A stretch of 63,941 bases of DNA, the filler included, from Rhizaria sp. SCN 62-66 (Eukaryota), in assembly GCA_001724265.1 (NCBI GenBank). It is 3 parts of 3 records of this genome, joined end to end, with 100 filler letters (N's around TTAATTAATTAA, not from the genome) between each part and the next. Parts side by side here need not be neighbours in the genome. Positions count along the whole stretch, not along the records: positions 28,152 to 55,958 come from MEDY01000394.1; 2 more parts are not named here. One strand, written 5' to 3'. Position 1 is the stretch's first letter, and every line of letters starts with the position of its first letter. Positions 45,996 through 56,058 of this stretch are shown here, piece by piece. The translations under genes and the position numbers were made by a program. The notes under the pieces are model-generated. The model saw only the letters and a list, made by a program, of their open reading frames with translations, was not told where the DNA came from and made no database searches.

Positions 45996-47637
45996 ATGGT
46001 ACGTGTTTTAAATTCCGACTTTTCCAAAACGAGAAGTTCCTTTTATTTTGTTTCAAATTGCACCCTGTCGTTCGCATTCGAAGTTCTGGGTGTTTTTGAG
46101 GAGCACACCACATCTCTCCTGCACCACTCGTCGTCATCTTTCTCTGCGTCCTGCACGACTCAGCACTTTTCTCTCGGAGGATCTCCACGGCTTGCCATGG
46201 TATTATGATTGCTATCGCAGCCTTGTACCGAGTCTAGAAGGAGATCTGGCCCGTGGAGGAGATCTCCGACCTTCCGCGTCTCTCTCTCGCGTTGTGGCTC
46301 GTTGGGTGGCCCCAGCTTTTTTCCAAGAAGATGCGCTTTGCCGTCCGACGCCCACGCGATCTTTTCGCATCTTGACACTTCTGCACACGTGCATGCAGTC
46401 TACCTTCCACACCCTGTGCTTTCAACTTCCCTCTCACTCATCTCTTCCCTGTCCCGTCTTGCTTCTATGATTTGTTGTCACCCCTTGTTGCTGCTATCGT
46501 TCTGTTCCCACTGTTCGCTCTTTTGCTGATTCTCATCTTCACCTGCGCGTGTGTAGGCTCAGAACAGCAGCGACGAGCTCGTCCGCTACCTGGCGGTGTG
46601 CCGCCCCGACCCCTCTGCGAACGACCAGAAGCACGAGATCATCGCGTCGTACCTCAACCCCAAGGGCGACCCCACGTCCACCAACGCGCCCAAGTACAAG
46701 GAGCACACGACCAAGATCATGGCCAAGGCGCACAAGCTCACCGTCGGTAAGCGCATCCGCCTGACGTGCGACACCGACTACGAGGTGCACGTGCACTGCG
46801 AGGAGATCGGCTCCCGCATCTTCCTCCTCGTCGCCATCACCTCTGTCTCCTTCGGCGTCCACCACTCTATCTCCGAGGCCTTCGAGGAGTGGCGCGCGCA
46901 GGTACGACCGACATCAGAATATGTTATTAAACTCACACGTAATATATCTCGATTTGCTAAATGTATCTCTAACTCGTTCGGTATCTTGAATGTGCCGTCG
47001 AACTTAACCTTGTGCAAACGTCTCTCAAACGTCCCTCATCTTGTTCCGTCCGCTTATTCACTGTCGCTCCGCTTCACTTGTCTTGCGCAGGTCAATAAGG
47101 CGATCCCCGCGAGCGACGCCAACGCGTCCAAGGGCTCCCTGTCGAGCCGCGTCAACGGCACGCTGCAGAAGTTCATGACGCGCTACAACACGTCGTCGCT
47201 GCTCGAGGCCAACCGCAAGGTCGAGCAGGTCAAGGGCGTCATGCGCGACAACGTCGACATCGCCCTCGCCAACGCCCCTAAGTACGTGGTTGAACACCAA
47301 CGCAATTAAAATGATTTATTATCAATCTGTTTTAGTGATGAGGCAAAGCGACTGCTACTCTTGTTGTTTGTGAATCGATCCGCACTTGTTAACAAAACAC
47401 TTCTGGTCTGTAGCTCACTCACAATTTGTCTTTTTATTCTCTTGTTTGCCTCGTTTTCCCAGGCTCGACGAGATCGACCAGCGCTCGGCCGACATCGAGG
47501 CGTCGTCGCGCGAGTTCCACTCCAAGGCCAAGGACCTCAAGTGCGCCATGTGCAAGCAGTACTGGAAGGCCACCGCGCTCATCGCCCTCATCATTATCGT
47601 CATCATCGTCATCATCGTCGTCGTCCTCACCCAGTAA
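45996..47637 (+). CDS. Longin-type R-SNARE (VAMP7-like); exons 45996-45998, 46557-46901, 47091-47281, 47463-47637
   Basis: Longin-like N-terminus, synaptobrevin motif KVEQVKGVMRDNVDIALANAPKLDEIDQRSADIEASSREFHSKAKDLK, and a C-terminal TM helix ALIALIIIVIIVIIVVVL. Three GTACG introns. Ends in TAA. Confidence 0.88.
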
Positions 47638-48318
47638 GCGCTGCGCAGTTGTGTGCGGTTTGTATTGTGCGAGGGACAGGCGTCCAAGCGCTGAGAAGAC
47701 AGTGCGCGCGCGCGCGGACAGTTTGACTTGACTTCACAGCCTAGGTTGCGACTGACGCGCAGTATCGGCGGGTGAGCTTAGAAGCTTGAGCCTGAGTATG
47801 CGGCAAGCCGTCGTCGCTTTCTTGAACTGATTGTGACGCTGGTGCGATGCTCTTTTAATTCTTTTTTATTTTTTCTTCTCTCTATCGTATCGTTTTGTTG
47901 TTTTTGTTTAATAACGTGACGGACTCGATCAATTAGACATTGTGCACAACAACCAATCACTACTATTTGTAGTTTTAGTATAATAGTAGTCGCTTTCCCA
48001 TTCCGTTGTGGCAAATAGATAGTACGCACAGTTTTAACTGATAGTTGTATTTCTCATATTGCATTGAATTTTATCCGTCACTGAAACTAAGTTTGCTGTA
48101 AGCTCATAGAGAAGACAAGAACGGCCTGTACATACAAGGTCGAAGTTAAATCTAAGTAGCTGCAGTCTTCAAGCCATTCATCTCTCGACTGCGCAGTTCA
48201 TCTGACCCCTCTTTACATCGTGATGTGACTCTGATAAAAGTGTTTGTTGCTTTGTTTTCACACTCGCATCACATGAAGTCTGCATTTAGACGTATTCATA
48301 TCATATGACATCGTATAC

Positions 48319-49183
48319 TCACATGAAGTCAGCCTCGTACTCGTCGGCGGTGACGTCCATGTTGGCGTTGCTGAGCTTCTCGCCCTTGGCAAAGATCTCG
48401 GTGAACGCCTTGAGCTCGGCGGTCTTCTTGGCCTCTGCGATGTTGCGCTCCTGGCGGTCCGCGACGGCTTGCTTGATCTTGCGCTTGTCTGCGCGGTCCT
48501 TGCGTTCCCATTCGTCGCGCGCGGCCTTGATCGCACTTGATGGCAACTCGCGCCGCGTCTTGTTGATGCGGTTCACCGTCTCATTGCTCTTCTTCTCCAC
48601 GTGCACGTAACGCAGCGCCGAGGACTGCGTCGAGTGGAAGCCGATCTGGCCCACGTTCATCGAGCCGTCCTTATGCAGGTTCGACCACATCGTGAACACC
48701 ACGCGCACAGATGTCTTTTTGCAGCCCTCGATCGAGTTTGCCTTGACCAGCTGCGCACAGTCCATTAGTACCGCCTCTGGAATGTCTGCCAGGCCCGTGT
48801 AGCCATCTGGGAGGCGGATGTAGACGTGCGCCGAGGACAGATTGTCGACGTGGAACCTGTCAAGCGCGAGTGGGTCAGATACGTAAATGATTCCATAGCA
48901 GAGCAATCAGGAGTTTATGAGACGACTTCGGGATAGAGTGCATAATAACACTTCTTGAATATTCCACTGAGAAATAGTGATCGTTTGATATGATTAAGAT
49001 AGTTGACGACAAGGAAATGTCGTTATCACCACATTCAGGAAATGGGATGGGTCGCAAGTTGCGAACGTACCAGACGTCGTGAGGGAGGCCGTACTTGATC
49101 AGGTCCTCGTTCTCGAACTTGTCCTTGCCCATGAAAAGCGTCCAGGTCGTACCTGCGTGCTCCGTAGTGAAGAAGTACACCAT
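48319..49183 (-). CDS. CCDC25: CCDC25/Jlp2 (DUF814, NFACT-R) protein; exons 49183-49071, 48856-48319
   Basis: MVYFF...FMGKDKFENEDLIKYGLPHDVW|FHVDNLSSAHVYIRL...DCAQLVKANSIEGCK...TMWSNLHKDGSMNVGQIGFH, ending EADFM-TGA. Confidence 0.95.
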
Positions 49184-49841
49184 CTGCGGGCTGTGTTAGG
49201 GTAGTGGTAGAGAGTGAGCAAGGGAAGTACCGGAGTGAAAAGACAGGCGCACAGACGACCAAGAACACAGTTGTAAGCCAAATAATTTTAGTTCAATGTG
49301 TAACAAGCACGGCAGATATGTATAGAGCGCAGCACATGCTGACTGACGGATCGCATGCGATGGTTAACCCTCAGAAAGGTCAAGCTCAAGTCCCGACTCA
49401 GCTCACCACGGTCGTCCGGCTTAACTTCGTGCCGGGCAAAGAGCTCCTCTGGGAAAACAAGAAAATCATCAGCCCCGAGGTCCATCCTTCTTTGTGTCAC
49501 TCCTTATTTTATTGAATTAACCAACTGCTGTTTTAGCATTTGGACTTTGTCCTGCACCCGCATCTGACGATCAGAAAGGGGCGAACAGCCTCACTCTTTA
49601 CCCTCGTCTGCTTTGACTTCTCGCTCTGTTTGGCGACTGCTCTTGCTTCTATCTCTCATGGACCTCTTCTCTGATCTATCATTTGCGTCACTGACACTTG
49701 CCACATTTTGTTTTATCCACATGCCCACTGCTGACTCTTCACTCTTTTGTTTTGCGCCGCAATTCCCTTCGCCCCTCTCTAACTTTGTTCCCCTTCTCTC
49801 ACTGCCCGTTGCTTCTGTCTTTACAGAGTGTCAGAGCAGCC

Positions 49842-51239
49842 ATGCGCTCTTTCGGCTCGACCCGTGCGATCGCGTGCGTCGTCCTGCTGAGTCTCGCTGC
49901 GCTCTGTTCCGCGGGCGCCTCCGCGTCTGCGGCGGGCCCCGAGGCGGTGACGACGCGCAGCGCCGGCTTCCGTGCGCAGACCGACTCGTGCTGGTCTGCG
50001 CCCATCTCGTCCCTCTGCGTCGGCGACCTGTCCACGCGCGCGCTGCCCGCGGGCGACGCCAACGGCTTCTCGCTGCTGTCGTTCCCCGACGCCACGCCCG
50101 TGGCCGGCGCGCCCGCGTCGCCCGTGGTCGGCTTCTGGGACTTCGAGGACGTGCTGGCGCAGGACTCGTCTCCCCACAACAACGCCTTCAACGACCCCAT
50201 CCCGGCCGTGGGCCCCGGCTTCCTGCGCGGCTCCTCGGCCCATTTCACCGGGCTTAGCGCGCACTCGCTGCCGCACATCGACGCCTACGCGGCCTCGCCC
50301 GCGGCCACGGTCTCCTTCTGGGTCTACCCCACGGGCGAGGTCCACGACGGCTTCCGCTCGCTGCTGCACAAGGGCGCCTCGCCCAACGCCGCCACGGGCC
50401 ATGTCGACGCCTTCTCGCTGCGCATGTGGTCCGACACGTACCAGCTGCGCCTCACCGTCGGCGGCCGCGACACGCTCGACTCGCGCGCCGCGCTGCCGCT
50501 GCGCCGCTGGTCCCACGTCGCGCTGACGCTCTCGCCCACCGCGGCCGAGCTGTTCCTCAACGGCCAGCGCGACTCGACGCTCGTCTTCGCCGCGGGCTCC
50601 CCCGCGACCACGGCGCTGCAGCGCAACACGGACTCGCTGTACGTAGGCTCTGCGCCGCCGCGCACCGTCTCTGGGCTCCCATGCTTCCTGGACAAGCTCG
50701 AGTGGCGCGCTGGCGTGGCGCCCGCGGCCGAGATCAAGGCTGCCGCGGGGCAGGCGCTGCTGGGCGTGCCCGGCGGCGTCGACTTCGTCTGGCCCGGCTG
50801 CGAGGACTGCACGCGCGCCGATGCTGACAAGGCCTGCGCGCAGGCTGCGCCTGTGACCGCCGCCGTGGCCGCCGCCTCCGCCGCCGCCGCCGCCGCTGCC
50901 GCCGCCAACGCGGCCGCCGCGACCGTCGCTGCAACCGCCGCCGCCGCGACTGCCGCGGCCGCCTCCGTCTCCAACGCTTCCGGCGCTGGCGCTGGCGCTG
51001 GTGCCGTGGCCGCCGGCGCGAACGGCAGCGCCATGGCGACCGCTGGCGCGGCGCCGCGGCACCCGCCGTCGCACGTGTGCACCGCGCGCGAGCTGGCGAC
51101 GTCGGCGCTGCTCGTCGCGCGCGTCATGGGCTGGGTCCCGATGGCGCATGTGCCGCGCGCGGCCGTGTTCGACCACGAGAACTCGCTTGGCGTGCCCGCC
51201 GCGGCGCGCGGGTTCGGGCTCTGCTGCCTCGACGAGTAA
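49842..51239 (+). CDS. Secreted concanavalin A-like/LamG jelly-roll protein with a Cys-containing C-terminal module
   Basis: Signal peptide (AIACVVLLSLAALCSA), then VVGFWDFED..DSS, TVSFWVYP, LLHKG, LPLRRWSHVALT, ELFLNGQRD, LYVG, typical of LamG-like domains. Ends in TAA. Confidence 0.75.
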   Translation: MRSFGSTRAIACVVLLSLAALCSAGASASAAGPEAVTTRSAGFRAQTDSCWSAPISSLCVGDLSTRALPAGDANGFSLLSFPDATPVAGAPASPVVGFWDFEDVLAQDSSPHNNAFNDPIPAVGPGFLRGSSAHFTGLSAHSLPHIDAYAASPAATVSFWVYPTGEVHDGFRSLLHKGASPNAATGHVDAFSLRMWSDTYQLRLTVGGRDTLDSRAALPLRRWSHVALTLSPTAAELFLNGQRDSTLVFAAGSPATTALQRNTDSLYVGSAPPRTVSGLPCFLDKLEWRAGVAPAAEIKAAAGQALLGVPGGVDFVWPGCEDCTRADADKACAQAAPVTAAVAAASAAAAAAAAANAAAATVAATAAAATAAAASVSNASGAGAGAGAVAAGANGSAMATAGAAPRHPPSHVCTARELATSALLVARVMGWVPMAHVPRAAVFDHENSLGVPAAARGFGLCCLDE

Positions 51240-51566
51240 GGTACTCGCTGTGGGGCCACGACAGAGTGGGCCAGCAAGCGGCTGGGAGCAAGTGCCGTGC
51301 TTCAGTTGCGTGAGGGGGTTTGGTGGTGGTGATGGGAGTAGTTTTTGTGGTTCGGTTGGAGGTGTAGTATTATTGTAGATTGAAGATGATATCACTAAAA
51401 CACGAGGACGGGCGGAAATGGACTTGTCTGCCTGTGTATTACATAAGAATACAAAGTCTTTTATTCAAAACAAATTATTAGCATCCGTATTTATCTATCA
51501 AACATACTAATATAATTTATATGCACGCAGTCACACGCTCGCAAAAAACAAATTCAGCTTGATGCT

Positions 51567-53427
51567 TCAGAGCCGCATGGTGCGGGCGCGCTCCCGGTCG
51601 CGTTCCGCGGCCCTGCGCCGGTCCGCTGCGTCCTCAACCGCCATCCGGAGCCGGTCGCCCTTGCTTTCGGCCCACTCGGTCAGCTCACGGTCCGCGCCAT
51701 CCCCTGCCCAGGCCCCGGCGCCCGCGCCCGCGCGCACGGGTCCGGCGCGCGTGCCCGCCGCCGCGCCCCCGCTGTAGGACGCCACAGCGGCCCCACCCAG
51801 CGCCGCCGCGCGCGCCGCAGCCGCCGCGCCCGCGGACGCCGCGAGCGCCACCGCCCCGGCCTCGCCCGCGCCCGGCAGCGGCGCGTCGGCGCCGGCGACC
51901 ACGAGTTCTGCGTACGCGGCGAGACAGTCAGCGCGCGCGGCCAGACGCGCCGCGGACACGGCGCTCGCGGGCAAAGCGCGGGCCGCAGCGGCGCCGCGGG
52001 GGCGGAGCACTTGACGCGCTGCAGTCAAAGTCTTGCTCTCACTCGCGTTCGGATCGTCGCAACTCTGGCTATTGTTAGGGAGCGCGAGCGCGTCGGGCTC
52101 CGCGCCCGCGGCGACAAGCGCGGGGATAAGCCGCACATACTGCGTCGCTGCGGTAGCTGCCGTGCTCGCGGCCGCCGTCACGGCAAGGTGCAGAGGTGAC
52201 TGGAACACACACGGCAACGCCACGCCACAGCTGTTACCAGCAGTGTTGCGCACTGTCCCTTGCGGTGCGCTGCTCACGATCGCTTGCGCGGGGACGGCAG
52301 TAGCGTCGGCCTTGGCGCGGTGGGTCAGCAGCAGCGCCGCCAGCGCCGCGCCAGACTCCTGCGCTTGCGCTTGCGGCTGAGGCTGCGGCTGGGACCGGGA
52401 AGACTGGGTGGGCAGAGCCAGCGTCGGCGGCGCAGGCAACGCTGCGGCCGCGGGCGGGAAAGCGTAGTGCAGAGGCCGGCGACCGCTGGGGTCCACGGCG
52501 TTCACGCTCGCGCGCGCGGTTAGCAGAGACGTGACGAGGGAGATAGACGCGCGCGCGTACACGGCGACCGATAGCGGGGACATCGCAGGCAGCGCCAGCG
52601 GCGCTGTGGTCGCGGCACTCGCGGCAACACTCGGGCCAGCGTTGTTCCCATGAGTGGATGACGAGTCTTCCGCGCCGTCGGTGTTGTTTGAGTCCTCAGC
52701 GGCGGCATTAGCGCTATCACAAACAACGCCAGTCAGCGCACTCGATGCGGGAGGCTTGTAGGGCGGCGGGTCGGGGCGGGCGCGGGCGGTTAACAGCGTG
52801 GCCACGGCGGCGTCAGAGCGCAACAGAGCGGCCAGGTGCAGTGCGGTCACTGGGAACGGGCACTGCGCAACGGCTGCGGACGCAACAGCAGCCACAGCAT
52901 TGCTGTCCGAGACAGAGTCAGTGACGTTGCCGCCGTTTGCGTTGCTGGTTGCAGCTGGAGGTGCGGGGACTGCGTATGCGTCCAGGTCAACAAACCAGTT
53001 CGAGTAAGGCAGCGAGAAGCCGTCGTCAGCGTTGCCGTCTTGCTCGGGATCCGCGCTCGCGCTGCCGCCACAGCTTGCGCTGCTCGCGTTCGCACTGCTG
53101 TTGGCGGGGAGCGGGCCGCGGATCAGGGTAGCAAGCGTCTCGGGGCCAGCAAGGGCAGCGGCAAAGATCTCTGTAAGGGCGTGCAGGATGAGAGTGTGCG
53201 GGAGCGTTCGAGTGAGTGAGATATACATAGATAGCGCGGTCGCAGATGCAGATGTGGGAAGTCGTGGTCGACACCATGAATAAGAAAAGCAACGATGTGG
53301 GTCCGGGAAGATGAGAGTTGGTGGGCGTACCGTAGGCAGAGGCACTAGAAGCGACGACGTAGTCATCAAGACCGCTGAAGTCGTACTCGTCAGCGCCTGC
53401 GTTGACGCCATCGTTGATATCACTCAT
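51567..53427 (-). CDS. Ankyrin-repeat protein with Ala-rich insertions; exons 53427-53331, 53170-51567
   Basis: TALHLAA...LLTARA, SPLSVAV...LLTARASVNAVDPSGRRPLHYA, SPLHLAV...LVAAGA, LVVAGAD. Phase-1 intron 53330-53171 (GTACGC...TTACAG). Ends in TGA. Confidence 0.8.
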
Positions 53428-54020
53428 CGATGAATGGAAGATCTGAACTTGTGTGAGACGGTGAAAAAACTGCAACATATGAAGGTGTATATCGCAATGT
53501 GTGAAGATGAGATTCTGATATAATGAAAGTGCAGCACATTTATAGGTAAGCATATACGCTGCAGTGAACAAGCATCTACTCCCACTTCCGTTTGCGTTGG
53601 ATTGAACAGTGTGGTGGGGCTTGTGGTGGACCGCGCTCCGGTGCCAGGTCTGCAGACTTGAGGCCATCGTCCAAGAAGCATTCGGAGATGTAGATACGTC
53701 ATCCAACATACGCAATTACATTACTGTTTTAGTTACTTTACACCATTTTCCGATTCAAATTCAGTACTCGTGCCGACGTTTTATATCCTGTCATTTTTAT
53801 GAGACGATGCAAGGTTCACCTGTCACCATCTTCCCGGCGTGCGGGGACGCTATCATCTCTTGTGCACGACACAATGATGTATTTTTCAGAATCCAGACGG
53901 ATGTCTCTATGTATTCTAATCTGTATCATACCATATATATCAAATTCTCGTTCAGCGCCTCACAGTCTTCCACTGCATTTGTTTCCCCTGATCGACTTCA
54001 CCTGTTCCAGCAGTACCAAC

Positions 54021-55133
54021 ATGAGCACGGAGCAGTCCGGCCTCCTGTCGCGCTCCAGCGCGCCCATGTACGACTCCGGCGACGTGGCGATGACGGAGCT
54101 GCACGCCGATGGCTCGCACAAGGGCCACGGCAAGGACAAGAAGAAGGACAAGAAGAAGGACAAGAAGAAGGACCACGGCCTGAGCAACAACAACAGTTTG
54201 CACAACGACTCGTCGGACGACGACAACGACGGACCCCTCCTCGCGCCCCCCGACGCCGACCAGGGCGGACTTGCGCTCAACGGCGATGTCTCCCCGCGCG
54301 GCGCTCACGGCCACGGGCACGGCCACGGCCACGGTCACCACGATGTGGATGCGCCGTCGCAGGAGATGCTGCAGCTGGCCAAGTCCAAGTACGACATGAA
54401 GAACCACATGGCCAACGAGCGCACCTTCTTCAAGTACCTCTTCACGGGGCTGCACCTGGGATCGATTGGCACGCTCGTGCTGACGTACTTCAGCGCCAAC
54501 GACGGCTCCAAACTTCTGCTCGTCGGCCTCATCTGGTGCATCGCCTTCGCATTCATGTTCTGGGGACTCAGCGGATACTACCGGTACGCTTCAAATCAAC
54601 ACCATATTGTCGCGTAACACACACAGTACCACTCACACTTGCAAAACGTCGATTTCTTCTGTAATTTGTTGAATCTTCTCACTCCTTAATTCCATTGACA
54701 TTCTTCTCACGATGCGCATCATTTTAATCTTCGTTTTTCGTGCTCTTGTTTCTCTTATAGCCGCAAGCGCCTGATGGAGACGGGCCAGTTTAAGGACACG
54801 CAACACCTGAACCCGCACATGCCGCTCATTGTCTCCGGACTCTTCTTTGCGGTCGTAGTGCTCGTCGTGGCTTACTCTTTCTACTCCCACCAGTGGCCCA
54901 ACAAGGACTGGAAGGGCGTCTTTAAGGTCGCCGCCGACGCGCACGCCGCCAACGCTGGTGCTGCCACCGTCACCGCGGCCGTCATCCCCGCCACTGCCGC
55001 CAGCGCCGCCGCCGCCGACTCAGCCGCGAGCGCTGCGACGACTGTGGCCGCGTCGCCGGCGACCGCGAGCGCGGCGGGCAAGCTGGCCGCCGCGGCCGCG
55101 CAGGCCGCGCAGGCCGCCAAGACGCTACCGTGA
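54021..55133 (+). CDS. VTC1-like / DUF202 three-TM membrane protein (vacuolar polyphosphate polymerase complex family); exons 54021-54583, 54761-55133
   Basis: MKNHMANERTFFKYLFTGLHLGSIG matches the VTC/DUF202 ANERTF motif and is followed by three hydrophobic helices. Intron GTACGC...TTATAG. Ends in TGA. Confidence 0.8.
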
Positions 55134-55825
55134 GCGCGCGCGGACGCAACGAGACAGCGCGCTGTGACATGACACGTGAGGCATTGCAGTCGCGTGGAAC
55201 TTACACGGAGTCCTGTTTGGTGACAAGTTCGTGTTCATGTTGGATGTTGTAAGTTCGCAAGGCACGTTTGCAACGAGAACTGTTCGAGCTGGCCAGAGCG
55301 GTGCAGTTACTGCGGCAATATCAATGCTGCGGGTAACGCCACCACTCCTTCGATTTCGATTGATTCCCAGTTCCACTAAGTTTTCACACAATGTTTAAAA
55401 AAGAACAATAACACAGTCCAGGTTCATCTTCGACTAGTCACCGCATACAAAAGTATGAACAAGACATGAAAGAATACATAATAATAGATTTCGTTTTGAA
55501 TTTGAGTTGGGGTGTATTGTTTTCACAGGGTTGCATTTTTAGTAGCACACGGACAAACGAACACACGCTTACACAGCCAAGCTGCGAGGCGCGATACGAC
55601 AGAGACACAATAAGTGTCGCGCGCGAGCGCCAACGCAGCCGCCGGTATTCAGAGAGAGGAGGAACGGAGGGGATGATGGAACACATTCACACACAAACAA
55701 CAAGTAGCTTATCAAGCCTATCAAAGCAACCAACACAAACAAACCCGACGGACGGACGGGAGAGCGGATAGACGCGCAGTCTAAGTAGTCCACCACACTC
55801 TCGTTTTAATCGTTCGCTGGTTTGC

Positions 55826-55958
55826 TTAGATCATGCTCTCGACCTCGGCGATGAACGAAGCGGGGACCTCCTTGCCGGTGGCGACAGACTTGAGGCCATC
55901 GATGGACTTGCCGAGGGACTTCTTGGCACCCTCGAGCTTGGAGAGCTTCTCCTTGAGC
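55826..55958 (-). CDS. C-terminal fragment of an unidentified, strongly codon-biased protein, truncated by the gap
   Basis: Reads LKEKLSKLEGAKKSLGKSIDGLKSVATGKEVPASFIAEVESMI-TAA with nearly all C/G-ending codons. Confidence 0.7.
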
Positions 55959-56058
55959 NNNNNNNNNNNNNNNNNNNNNNNNNNNNNNNNNNNNNNNNNN
56001 NNTTAATTAATTAANNNNNNNNNNNNNNNNNNNNNNNNNNNNNNNNNNNNNNNNNNNN
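55959..56058. other. Artificial contig spacer (44 N + TTAATTAATTAA + 44 N)
   Basis: Same structure as 28052-28151. Confidence 0.97.
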
